A stretch of DNA of 64,000 bases, taken from contig JAFQTP010000002.1 of NCBI GenBank assembly GCA_017409005.1, positions 478,497 to 542,496 of the forward strand. The letters are read 5' to 3'. Position numbers and translations under genes: made by a program. The first letter of the stretch is position 1, and the number at the start of each line of letters is the position of its first letter. The notes below the pieces were generated by a model. That model saw only the letters and a program-made list of their open reading frames with translations. It had not been told where the DNA came from and searched no databases. Positions 10,319 to 20,100 of this stretch are shown here, piece by piece. This stretch comes from Clostridia bacterium (GTDB lineage Bacteria > Bacillota > Clostridia > Christensenellales > UBA1242).

Positions 10319-10485
10319 TCACAACATTATTTATAACAAAATAAATTTGAAAATAATTGTAAAAAGGGCGGCTGCGCTTTAAAATATAATTGTTTTAAGG
10401 TGTTCCTTTTTGCGTTTAAATATAAAGACCTAAGTTTTAGGCAAAAACACAACAAAACATTTTATAAAATTAATGGAGGAATAAA

Positions 10486-10866
10486 ATGGCTCGTATTGCT
10501 GGTGTTGATTTACCAAAAGATAAACGTGTTGAAATTGGTTTAACTTATGTTTATGGTATTGGTAGACAAACTTCAAACAAAATTTTACAAGCAACAGGTG
10601 TTAACCCTGATACTCGCGTTAAAGATTTAACCGAAGATGAAGTTAACGCAATTAGAACTTACATTGAAAAAAATTGCCAAGTTGAAGGCGATTTACAACG
10701 TGAAGTTTCATTAAACATTAAACGTTTACAAGAAATTGGTTGCTATCGTGGTGTACGCCACAGAAAAGGTTTACCTGTTCGTGGACAAAACACAAAACAA
10801 AACGCTAGAACCAGAAAAGGTCCAAAGAAAACTGTTTCTAAGGGCAAAACCGCTACTAAAAAGTAA
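10486..10866 (+). CDS. rpsM: 30S ribosomal protein S13
   Basis: 126 aa. [27 protein letters not shown]. Confidence 0.97.
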   Translation: MARIAGVDLPKDKRVEIGLTYVYGIGRQTSNKILQATGVNPDTRVKDLTEDEVNAIRTYIEKNCQVEGDLQREVSLNIKRLQEIGCYRGVRHRKGLPVRGQNTKQNARTRKGPKKTVSKGKTATKK

Positions 10867-10878
10867 AGGAGATAAATA

Positions 10879-11271
10879 ATGGCTGCTGTTAAAAAACAAA
10901 CCAAAAAAAGAAAAGTTACTAAAAACTTAAATAAAGGTCAAGCACATATTCAAGCATCTTTCAATAACACAATTATTACAATTACTGACGATGCTGGTAA
11001 CACAGTTTCATGGTGCAGTGCAGGTTCTCTTGGCTTAAGCGGTTCAAGAAAAAGCACACCATACGCTGCTCAACAAGCTAGTGAAACAGCTGCAAAAGCT
11101 GCAAAAGATCAAGGCTTAAATAGCGTTGAAGTATTTGTTAAAGGACCAGGTAATGGTCGTGAAACTGCAATCCGCGCTTTACAAGCTGCAGGACTTGAAG
11201 TAACTTCTATTAAGGACGTTTCCCCAATTCCACACAACGGATGTCGTCCTCCAAAACGTAGAAGAGTTTAG
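10879..11271 (+). CDS. rpsK: 30S ribosomal protein S11
   Basis: 130 aa. [26 protein letters not shown] and [13 protein letters not shown]. Confidence 0.97.
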   Translation: MAAVKKQTKKRKVTKNLNKGQAHIQASFNNTIITITDDAGNTVSWCSAGSLGLSGSRKSTPYAAQQASETAAKAAKDQGLNSVEVFVKGPGNGRETAIRALQAAGLEVTSIKDVSPIPHNGCRPPKRRRV

Positions 11272-11325
11272 TTTTAAAATAAAATTTCGTTTAAGAAACA
11301 AAAAATTTAAGGAGATAAATTATTT

Positions 11326-11946
11326 ATGGCAAAATATACAGGTGCAGATTGCAAAATTTGTCGTAGGGAAGGCTGTAAACTATTTTTAAAAGGCGAACGT
11401 TGCTTAACTAAAAAATGTTCGTTCGAACGCAGACCTAATGTTCCTGGTGTACATGGTGCTGCTAGAAAGAAACTTACTGAATATGGTTTACAATTAAGAG
11501 AAAAACAAAAAGTTAAACGCGCATATGGTTTACAAGAAAAACAATTCCGCGGATACTACGAAAAAGCTTCAACAATGCGTGGTAAAGTTGGTGAAAACAT
11601 GCTTTCACTTCTAGAACGCAGACTTGATAACGTTGTTTACAGAATGGGTATTGGTGCTTCACGTGCTGAAAGCCGTCAAATCGTAAACCACGGACATATT
11701 ACTGTTAATGGTAAAAATGTTAACATTCCTTCTTACTTAGTAAAAGCAGACGACGTTGTTGCAATTAAAGAAAACAAACGTGAATTAGCTATGTTCAAAG
11801 ATCTTAAAGATGTTAAAGTTGTAATGCCTAAATGGTTAGAATTTGATGCAAACAAATTAACCGGAAAAATTAATGCATTACCACAAAGAGACGATATCGA
11901 TCTAAATATCCAAGAACACTTAATTATTGAGTTATATTCTAAATAA
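11326..11946 (+). CDS. rpsD: 30S ribosomal protein S4
   Basis: 206 aa. MAKYTGADCKICRREG zinc-type N-terminus and an S4 RNA-binding domain (RLDNVVYRMGIGASRAESRQIVNHGHITVNG). Confidence 0.96.
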   Translation: MAKYTGADCKICRREGCKLFLKGERCLTKKCSFERRPNVPGVHGAARKKLTEYGLQLREKQKVKRAYGLQEKQFRGYYEKASTMRGKVGENMLSLLERRLDNVVYRMGIGASRAESRQIVNHGHITVNGKNVNIPSYLVKADDVVAIKENKRELAMFKDLKDVKVVMPKWLEFDANKLTGKINALPQRDDIDLNIQEHLIIELYSK

Positions 11947-12010
11947 TAAGTAACTAAAACACACAGTTGTTTTTAAAAATTAAATTTTATCAAAGTGAGG
12001 AAATTTTCGT

Positions 12011-12964
12011 ATGATAGAAATCGAAAAGCCAAAAATTACTTGTGAAGAAACCAATAACGGATGTTTTGCACGCTTCATTGTTGAACCACTAGACCGTGGT
12101 TTTGGTATCACATTAGGAAACTGCTTAAGAAGAGTTTTACTTTCAGCTCTTCCAGGGGCCGCTGCAGTTGGAATTAAAATTAATGGTGTACAACATGAAT
12201 TTTCAAGCATCAAAGGTGTTATGGAAGACGTTGTTGACATTGTTTTAAACATTAAAAACTTAGCTGTTAAAACAACAGATACAAGTTTAGATTTTAAAAC
12301 AGTTTTACGCATTAATAAATATGGCGCAGGCGAAGTTACTGCTGCTGATTTCGAACCAAACGACCAAGTAGAAATTTTAAATCCAGATTTACACATTGCA
12401 ACATTAGACGATGGCGCTAAATTTGAAATGGAAGTTTATGTTGGTCGTGGCAGAGGATATGTTCCTGCAGACCTAAATAAAAACGATGATGCTCCAATTG
12501 GATATATTGCAGTTGATAGCATTTTCACACCAATTAAAAAAGTTAACTACTTTGTTAACAACACTCGTGTTGGACAAAGCATTAACTACGATAAATTAAC
12601 TATCGAAGTTGAAACAAACGGAACATTAACTGCTAGAGAAGTTATTTCTTTATCAGCTAAACTAGTTAACGACCATATTGGTTTATTTGTTGAATTAGTT
12701 GATTCTATGGCTCAAATGGAAACTCTTGTTAGCCGTGAAGAAGACAAACAAACAAAAGTATTAGAAATGACAATAGAAGATATGGACCTTTCCGTAAGAA
12801 GTTATAACTGCTTAAAACGTGCAGGAATTTGCACTGTTGAAGATTTAACTAAAAAATCTGAAAGCGACCTAGCAAAAGTTAAAAACTTAGGAAAACGTTC
12901 ATTAGAAGAGGTAGCTGAAAAACTACAAAGTTACGGGCTATCTTTACGTAATGATGAAGAATAG
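12011..12964 (+). CDS. rpoA: DNA-directed RNA polymerase subunit alpha
   Basis: 317 aa. FIVEPLDRGFGITLGNCLRRVLLSALPGAA in the N-terminal domain and DLSVRSYNCLKRAGI in the C-terminal domain. Confidence 0.97.
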   Translation: MIEIEKPKITCEETNNGCFARFIVEPLDRGFGITLGNCLRRVLLSALPGAAAVGIKINGVQHEFSSIKGVMEDVVDIVLNIKNLAVKTTDTSLDFKTVLRINKYGAGEVTAADFEPNDQVEILNPDLHIATLDDGAKFEMEVYVGRGRGYVPADLNKNDDAPIGYIAVDSIFTPIKKVNYFVNNTRVGQSINYDKLTIEVETNGTLTAREVISLSAKLVNDHIGLFVELVDSMAQMETLVSREEDKQTKVLEMTIEDMDLSVRSYNCLKRAGICTVEDLTKKSESDLAKVKNLGKRSLEEVAEKLQSYGLSLRNDEE

Positions 12965-12973
12965 GAGGAAAAT

Positions 12974-13477
12974 ATGAGAAAGTTACAAAGACCAACTGAC
13001 CAACGTATTGCTTTAATGAAAAACTTGGCTACTAATCTTCTTTGGTATGGTAGAATTGAAACTACTTTAGAAAAAGCTAAAGATGTTCAATCTTATGCTG
13101 AAAAGTTATTAACTATTGCTATTAACACTTACGAAGACACTGTTAAAACAACTAAAAAAGTTGTTAACGATAAAGGTGTAACATCAAATCGTGAAGTTAT
13201 TAATGATGGTCCTAAAAAACTTGCAGCACGCAGAAAATTAATGGCTAAATTAAACGATATTCAAGAAGTTAGACAACCTAAAGAAGCTAAAAGTGCCTTC
13301 ATTGCTCGTACTGAAGACATTAAAAATCCATTAATCGAAAAAATCTTCAACGTTTATGCTCCAAAATATGCTAAACGTAAAGAAGAACTAAATAATGGTG
13401 GTGGATACACAAGAGTTATTAAAACTGGTACTCGTAATGGAGACAACGCTTTAATGGCTATTGTTGAATTAGTATAA
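12974..13477 (+). CDS. rplQ: 50S ribosomal protein L17 (long form with internal insertion)
   Basis: 167 aa. LMKNLATNLLWYGRIETTLEKAKDVQSYAEKLLT and a GGGYTRVIK C-terminus. Carries a ~45-aa insertion relative to short L17 proteins. Confidence 0.93.
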   Translation: MRKLQRPTDQRIALMKNLATNLLWYGRIETTLEKAKDVQSYAEKLLTIAINTYEDTVKTTKKVVNDKGVTSNREVINDGPKKLAARRKLMAKLNDIQEVRQPKEAKSAFIARTEDIKNPLIEKIFNVYAPKYAKRKEELNNGGGYTRVIKTGTRNGDNALMAIVELV

Positions 13478-13491
13478 TAAATTAACAACCT

Positions 13492-13523
13492 AAAAAGGTG
13501 AGGATTTTTCTCGCCTTTTTTTT
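13492..13523 (+). terminator. intrinsic terminator ending the alpha operon
   Basis: GGTGAG / CTCGCC stem (one G-U pair) with a 7-nt loop and an 8-nt T-tract. Confidence 0.7.
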
Positions 13524-13598
13524 GTTGTAATTAAACTTGGCAAAAGTGGTAATTTTGCTTAAATTTCACAATTTGCAATAATTAAAAGGGAAATAAAT

Positions 13599-16500
13599 AT
13601 GAAAAGCTTAAAATATTTATTTGTGGCATTATTTGCAACATTATTTTTGTGTGGTTGTGGAAATACAGACCCTGGGTTAGATAAAGGTGCTAGTGGAAGC
13701 GCACCTATTGTTTACGCAACCAACATTTCAATAAATGAATCAAAGTTAACATATTTTGTTGGTGATGTTTTAAATTTAAACAATTTAAACATTAGTATTT
13801 TGCCTGCTGATGCTACAGTTAAGCCAGTTTTTACTATAAGCGATGAACAATTAGCGGAAATAGTTAGTAATCAATTAACTTTTAAAGGCGAGGGTAGTGT
13901 AACATTAACTGCATCAATTTTAATTGATGTAAACACATATAAAACTTATAGCATAACGTTTAACGTAGAAACTAAACCAATTTATGCAACTAGTGTTAGC
14001 ATTCAAAACAGCCACATAACAATAAATTTAAACGATACTTGCATAAACGATTTAATAATTAATCCTGTTGAATATAATCAAGATGTTTTAGTTACATATT
14101 CTAACGAAGATGTTGTTAGTTATAACTATCAAACTGGTTTAATTACAGCAAATGCTGTTGGCGAAACTATGGTAACTGTTAAAGTGTTAAAATCTAAAAC
14201 TGAAACTTTAAAAACTAGTTTTAATGTTGCGGTTACAAATCATGTTTATGCTGAAAGTATAAATAACGTAAAAATTAATAACAAAACCATAACTGATACA
14301 ATAACACTGTTTACAAACGAAACAGGCACAATTTCATGTTCTGTTTTGCCGGTTGACTATAATTTAGAATTAACTTATTTATGTTCTAATAATTTAATTA
14401 GCATTAATCCAAATGGAACATTTATTGTAGGTAATAATGCAGGAGAGTGTGTTTTATCAATTAGCGCATTAACAAAAACTGGCATTACATATAAAACAAT
14501 AAATGTTGTTGTAAAACACCAACCAGAAACATTAAATTTTAAAGTTGAATTAAATGGCGAAGAAGTTGATTATTTATATTCAAACATTGCTTATACTTTA
14601 ACAATTCTAACCGGGTTAGATAATTATAATAATGTAACAATAGAAAATTGCGATTATACATATGTTTCAGATAATGTGTTTGAAATAGTTGTGTCAACTG
14701 CTGGACAAACTAATTTAGTTGTAAACTACAACTTTACAAGTTTTATTGGGTCTTATGCTATTAGCGAAACAAAAACCTACACAACTTATAATATAATTAA
14801 AGATGTTAACATTAGTTTAGTTAATAACAATTCAGAAATAGTACCAAATTTAGGCGTTTATACTATATATTTGCCAAACAAAAATAATATGCAAGAAGCT
14901 ATTTCAAATAATGCAATAGTTTATGCTGATGTTAATGTTTCGGCTAAAGGTGTTAACACAAAACCAAACGCACTTAATTATGAGGTGTCCGGAGATGCAA
15001 TTATTCTTTACGGAAACAGAATCATTGCAAATTCTGTTGGTGAAAGTAAATTAACAATTAGTTCTAACGATATTGGTGGTTACTCTAAAGAAATTATAAT
15101 CAAGGTTGAACCACTTAAAGTTTCAGAAATTATAGTGGAAAGTAGCCAAGTTGATTTATATTTAAATGGAGATAATTTAAAACCTAATAAGTTTACTATT
15201 TCTTATTCAGTAATTCCAAGTTATGCTTATAACACAAGTGTTGAGGTTAGCACATCGAATAACATAATTAACATTAACGAAAATGTTATAACTGCACTTT
15301 CGGAGGGGAGTGCACAAGTTGTTTTAACATGTGAAAATGTTACACAAATTATAAATGTTAATGTTTCATATGTTCCATCGCATATATGTGCATATTTAAA
15401 TAGTAATGCTATATCAAATGGGCAAGAAATAACAATAGAAACTAACACCGATTATTATTTGTCAAGCTATGTTTATAGCAGCACTCAGCAACTTTCTAAT
15501 GGTGTTTTATGCTATGAAAATGAAAGTTTAGTTAATGGTTTTAAAAATGAAATAAAACTTAATTATTCGTCGGAAGGAAGCCATAATTTTAAACTTAAAT
15601 TCGATAGTTTTGAACTTAATTTTACATTAAAAGTAAGAATGTTAAACCCAGTAACAAAACTAAAGTTTAGTAAAAATTCTTTAAAATTAAACATGTTTGA
15701 AACCTCGGCTTATACTATTTCTTATTTTATTGAAACTGCACATTCAAATTTGCCAACTACCGACAAAATAACTTTCACATCTTCAAACAACAATGTTGTT
15801 AGTGTTAACGGAACAACTTTAAACATTATTGCAACAGGAACTGCTAAAATTCATGCAAACATAAACGGAGTTCAAGTTGACGAACTTAGTGTTGAAATTA
15901 TTAACAAAGAGGTTTACTACATAAACTCTTTATCTGATTTTATAAATATTAATTCTACTAAAAATTATGTTGTTATGTCTGATTTAGATTTTTCTAGTTT
16001 TACTGCCAATAATTGCATTAGTTTTAGTGGCGAAATTGATTTTAATAACAAAACAATTTCTGGTTTAAATACTCACTTATTTAGTACTATAAATAACAAT
16101 GCAGTGGTTAAAAATTTAGTTATTTCTGGAAGTGTTAATATTGAATCGAGTTCGGTTGCGTCGGTTGTTAATTTAGACCCATGTTTTAGCCTGATTTCTG
16201 AAGTAAACCATGGTACTATTTCAAACATAACATTTAATAATTTAACTATAAATTTAACAAACAATTTAGAATTAGCTTCGGTTAGCGCAACACTTGTTGC
16301 AGCACACAATTATGGCTTAATTTCTAATGTTTCTTTAAATAATGTTACCTTGTCGGCAAACTTTGCAAGCACTAAAGTTGCTGGTGTTTTAGTAAGCACA
16401 ATAACTCATGTTAATCATGGCGAAGTAAATGGAATTATGGGCGGTGCAAAACTTAGTGGATTTACTAGAGCAGGCGGTGTAATTTTAGAAAACTATGGAA

Positions 16501-16850
16501 AACTTACAAACGTTAATTTAACACTAGAATTTAATTGCACACAAACAAAGCATCAAATAGGTGGTTTGATTTACAAAACTGCTGTTAACAATGGTTTGCC
16601 AGAGGTTAGCAATATTAATTTATCTATGATTGTTAACAACGTTAATAGTTCAACTGTTACATTTGCTGGGTTTATATATAATGCGGCAAGTGGATTAAGT
16701 GCAAGCAACATTACTTTAAATCACAATTTTACAGGAACTTTTGCTAGTTCAACAACCTACTTAGTGTACTATAATAAGCCAACCGATGTTGCAAATGTTT
16801 CAGATTTTAAAATAGCAACAAATCAAACTTTTAATAACTATCCTAATTAA
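13599..16850 (+). CDS. surface lipoprotein with an array of bacterial Ig-like (Big_2-type) domains and a C-terminal beta-helix-like repeat module
   Basis: Signal peptide plus lipobox (LFLCGC). Recurring ~85-aa units match the Big_2 pattern (...FVGDVLNLN...ILPADATVKPVFTISDEQLAEIV...GEGSVTLTASI). The C-terminal FSGEIDFNNKTISGLNTHLFSTINNNAVVKNLVISG resembles GLUG/IgA-protease-type repeats. Confidence 0.75.
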   Translation: MKSLKYLFVALFATLFLCGCGNTDPGLDKGASGSAPIVYATNISINESKLTYFVGDVLNLNNLNISILPADATVKPVFTISDEQLAEIVSNQLTFKGEGSVTLTASILIDVNTYKTYSITFNVETKPIYATSVSIQNSHITINLNDTCINDLIINPVEYNQDVLVTYSNEDVVSYNYQTGLITANAVGETMVTVKVLKSKTETLKTSFNVAVTNHVYAESINNVKINNKTITDTITLFTNETGTISCSVLPVDYNLELTYLCSNNLISINPNGTFIVGNNAGECVLSISALTKTGITYKTINVVVKHQPETLNFKVELNGEEVDYLYSNIAYTLTILTGLDNYNNVTIENCDYTYVSDNVFEIVVSTAGQTNLVVNYNFTSFIGSYAISETKTYTTYNIIKDVNISLVNNNSEIVPNLGVYTIYLPNKNNMQEAISNNAIVYADVNVSAKGVNTKPNALNYEVSGDAIILYGNRIIANSVGESKLTISSNDIGGYSKEIIIKVEPLKVSEIIVESSQVDLYLNGDNLKPNKFTISYSVIPSYAYNTSVEVSTSNNIININENVITALSEGSAQVVLTCENVTQIINVNVSYVPSHICAYLNSNAISNGQEITIETNTDYYLSSYVYSSTQQLSNGVLCYENESLVNGFKNEIKLNYSSEGSHNFKLKFDSFELNFTLKVRMLNPVTKLKFSKNSLKLNMFETSAYTISYFIETAHSNLPTTDKITFTSSNNNVVSVNGTTLNIIATGTAKIHANINGVQVDELSVEIINKEVYYINSLSDFININSTKNYVVMSDLDFSSFTANNCISFSGEIDFNNKTISGLNTHLFSTINNNAVVKNLVISGSVNIESSSVASVVNLDPCFSLISEVNHGTISNITFNNLTINLTNNLELASVSATLVAAHNYGLISNVSLNNVTLSANFASTKVAGVLVSTITHVNHGEVNGIMGGAKLSGFTRAGGVILENYGKLTNVNLTLEFNCTQTKHQIGGLIYKTAVNNGLPEVSNINLSMIVNNVNSSTVTFAGFIYNAASGLSASNITLNHNFTGTFASSTTYLVYYNKPTDVANVSDFKIATNQTFNNYPN

Positions 16851-16853
16851 AAC

Positions 16854-16882
16854 AAAAAAGCAGCCAAATAGGTTGCTTTTTA
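16854..16882 (+). terminator. intrinsic terminator
   Basis: AAGCAGCC-AAATA-GGTTGCTT hairpin followed by TTTTTATTT. Confidence 0.65.
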
Positions 16883-16941
16883 TTTAATTAAATTAGCAAC
16901 AAAAAACAATGTTTAATTAAACGTTTAGTAGTTATATAAGT

Positions 16942-16969
16942 TTGACAAATATGCGTGCTTTCATATAAA
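16942..16969 (+). promoter_or_regulatory. candidate sigma-A promoter of the giant gene
   Basis: TTGACA, 16 nt, TATAAA. This would give a ~190-nt AT-rich leader before ATG 17161. Confidence 0.5.
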
Positions 16970-17160
16970 ATTGTAATAAGGCTAATTTTATTTATATAAA
17001 ATTAAATAAAAGTTAGCGCTTTATTTGTTTTACTTTAGGAAAACATGCAAGCAATGAAAAATGAAAAATATAAAAATTAAATAATTTCTACATATTACTT
17101 TAACTATTTTGCAAAAATAAATGTAATAGTGTTTTTAATTAATAAAGTTTGGAGTAACTA

Positions 17161-20100
17161 ATGAAAAAAGCTTTAAAAATTGTTGGTATAATTTTTGGTG
17201 CCTTATTTGGTTTAATTGGTGTTGCAACTGCTGTTGCAGCAATTTCTGGTGCTTTTTCACATCCGGAAATTAGCATAGAATCGCTTTCATGGGAAACCGA
17301 TAAAGTTAGGGTGGTTGAAGATTTTCAAGCAACAGTAAACTTTTTACCAGAAAATGCAAATCAACTAGATGTTGAGTTAAACTTGGTTTATGCCGAGGGA
17401 GCCAATGTTGTTGAATTCCCAAAAACCGTTAAAGCAGGAGAGCCTTTTAACATTAAACTTAAAAAAGATGCTAACGGAAACAATGTTGGTGGTGAAGTTG
17501 TTATTCAAGCTAAAACTCAATTAGTTGTTTCGCAAACTAATTTAAAAATTTTAGTTGATGTTCCAATTCCTAACGATGGTTTGGTTATTGCATCAGATTT
17601 TGATACTGAAGACGAACAAAACATTCTAGATGCTGGTGCAAGCGATTTTAGTTTATATGTTTTCACAAATCCAACAAAAGCTTTAAATCCAAACACAGGT
17701 AGCGACATAGATTTAAATGTTGCATATAAAAACATTCAAATTAAAAGTGCAAACACTTCTAAACTTCAAATTTTAGATGAGGGAACACAAACAACTGGTT
17801 TCTATTGTCCTAAATACATCGAGCACGAACACACTGGTCCGTTTAAAAATGCAAATGGCGTTAAATTCACAACTACAACTTGCGATCACGGAACAGCCTT
17901 AATTCCTTATAAATATATCGAGTATAGGGCAAGAGCATTAGAAAGCACACAGGCTCCGGTTATTGTAACAGCCAAAGCGCTTAGAACTTACGACATGCAA
18001 GAACAATATGTTGATAAGTCCGATGCTAAATATTATGAAAATGGCGAAATGACAAGCGATGGTCGTCAACAATTTTTAACCGACCTTAGCAACTATGTTG
18101 CAGAATTCCAAGATTATTTAAAAACAGATACTCGTGTTAATTACGATTCAATTAATGCATCAACTGTTAACTACGAAAGTGGTGCAGCGTTTATTGAAGC
18201 AATAACAAAAACAAATGCTAACGGCGAAAAATACATAAAAATTGAAGATAACCGTGTACACGAAGAAGCAGCATATTTTTATTTATTTGTTGAATCAAGA
18301 ACATTATTTAACATCGAACAAATTGAAATTGCCGATGTTCAGTCTAGTTATGAAACAAGCGGACGTAAAGTTGACTTTAACTTATTTGATGAAGTTCAAC
18401 AATACGATGTGGCAGATTTAAAAACAATTTTCGATGTATCTTTAAAACCAACTAGCGATGAGTTTACTAGTTCTGATTTAGAGCACAGATTAAAAGAAAT
18501 TCGCGTTATGGCAATCATGAATAAAAATGTTGCCGAGGGAGAAGAAGATCCTTATCCTAATTACGATTTTGAACCAAATAATTATGTGTTTGAAATCGAA
18601 AACCCAGTTAGTAAAGATACTCCAATTTGGAAAGTTCGTTGCATTAACTCTATTAAAGAAACCGATAAGCAACGTGCAGTTAGATTACGTTTCTATGTTC
18701 CATCAAGTCAAACTGGCGACTATACTATGGGCGATCCTCATGCCGATGTTCCAGTTCAAATTTTAATTAATGATGTTAGCGAGTTTAAACTTTACGACAC
18801 AGGTGCCACAGCACTTGCTACCGACATGGTTATTAACACCGAAGACGTTGATGGTAAAAGTTATCGTCAAGAATTAAATAGTTCTCGTTATATTTTAACT
18901 GGAATGGGAAATCAAGCACCAACATACACAACTGTTAAGTTCTTTGCAACAAGTGAAAGTGCAAAAACAAAGTTGCCAGATGGTACTGCAACATCATTCT
19001 TTAAAGCTAATTTATCTAATTCAGGAACTCCAACATTGCTAACCATGACTCATGGTGAAGCCGGAGTAATTGAAGCATACGAAATTTCTTATAAAGTTGC
19101 TGGAAAAAATTATTTAGAAGCAATTAACGTAACCGATGGCAGCCCACTAGAAGTGTTTGCTGCAGTTATTAAAACCGATCACAATGGTAAGGCATTAGAT
19201 ACAGAAGGTGTTCCAGAAGACGACCCTGCGTTTAATGGAAACTATCAAGTTATTAGGCGTTCGGCAAACACAATTAACATTTCAATTAACTATTACTTAG
19301 AAAAATTGAATTTCTATACAATTAACGATGCCGGAACTTATACTTTAAGAAATGTTCCTGAAACAGGCACGGGTAATACAGAAACTGTTCAATTACTTGC
19401 AGGTTCGTTCTATAACTTTAAAGTAACACCATATGAACTTACCGAAGCAGGCGAGTTTAATGCTCAAAGTCCAAAATATTCAAACACATTAGTTGATTAT
19501 CAAACTAATTTAAAATGGGCAACAAACTATGCTTATAACTATGGTTTATTAAGTTTCAACACAGATTCGCCAGATGTTTCTATTTACGAAAACAACTACG
19601 ATACAACCATGGCATGCTATAATTTAACAATTTTAGCGGTAATTAACAAAACAGCATCTGCTGGTTATGTTGCTGAAGCGTTCGACTATAGAGCATTCCC
19701 AACAGGGGTGTTATATAACACATTTAGTTCAACACGCTCAACCGTTAACATGATTGTTAACTATGCTGATATTTCAAGTTTCTATGTAAACGCAACAACC
19801 GATGAAGAGGGAACTTCCAAAGATTATTATGTTCTTTCACCAGTTATTGAAGAACTTACCGATAGTTCCGACCCTGGAATTAAATGGCGCGATACCGAAG
19901 CAAAATCAACCGACTTTGCAATTAAAACTAATTATTCATTAGATATTCAACATAAAGATGGCGATAAATTCAATTCTAAAATTGACTCTTGCTATGGTTC
20001 TGAATCATATGTTGAAGATTACGTAAAAATGATGACCAATCCTAATGCTACCGATAAGTTTAGTGCTAGTTGGAAATTAGAATTTGATCATCTAGATGGA

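Noticed and set aside
11980-12396. 138-aa ORF antisense to the 5' part of rpoA.
   Set aside because: It overlaps a conserved essential gene and has no SD or promoter.
15227-16309. Short minus-strand ORFs inside the lipoprotein gene. The similar short ORFs inside the giant gene (17517-21076) were treated the same way.
   Set aside because: They are chance ORFs in long AT-rich coding regions, all shorter than 80 aa and without signals.
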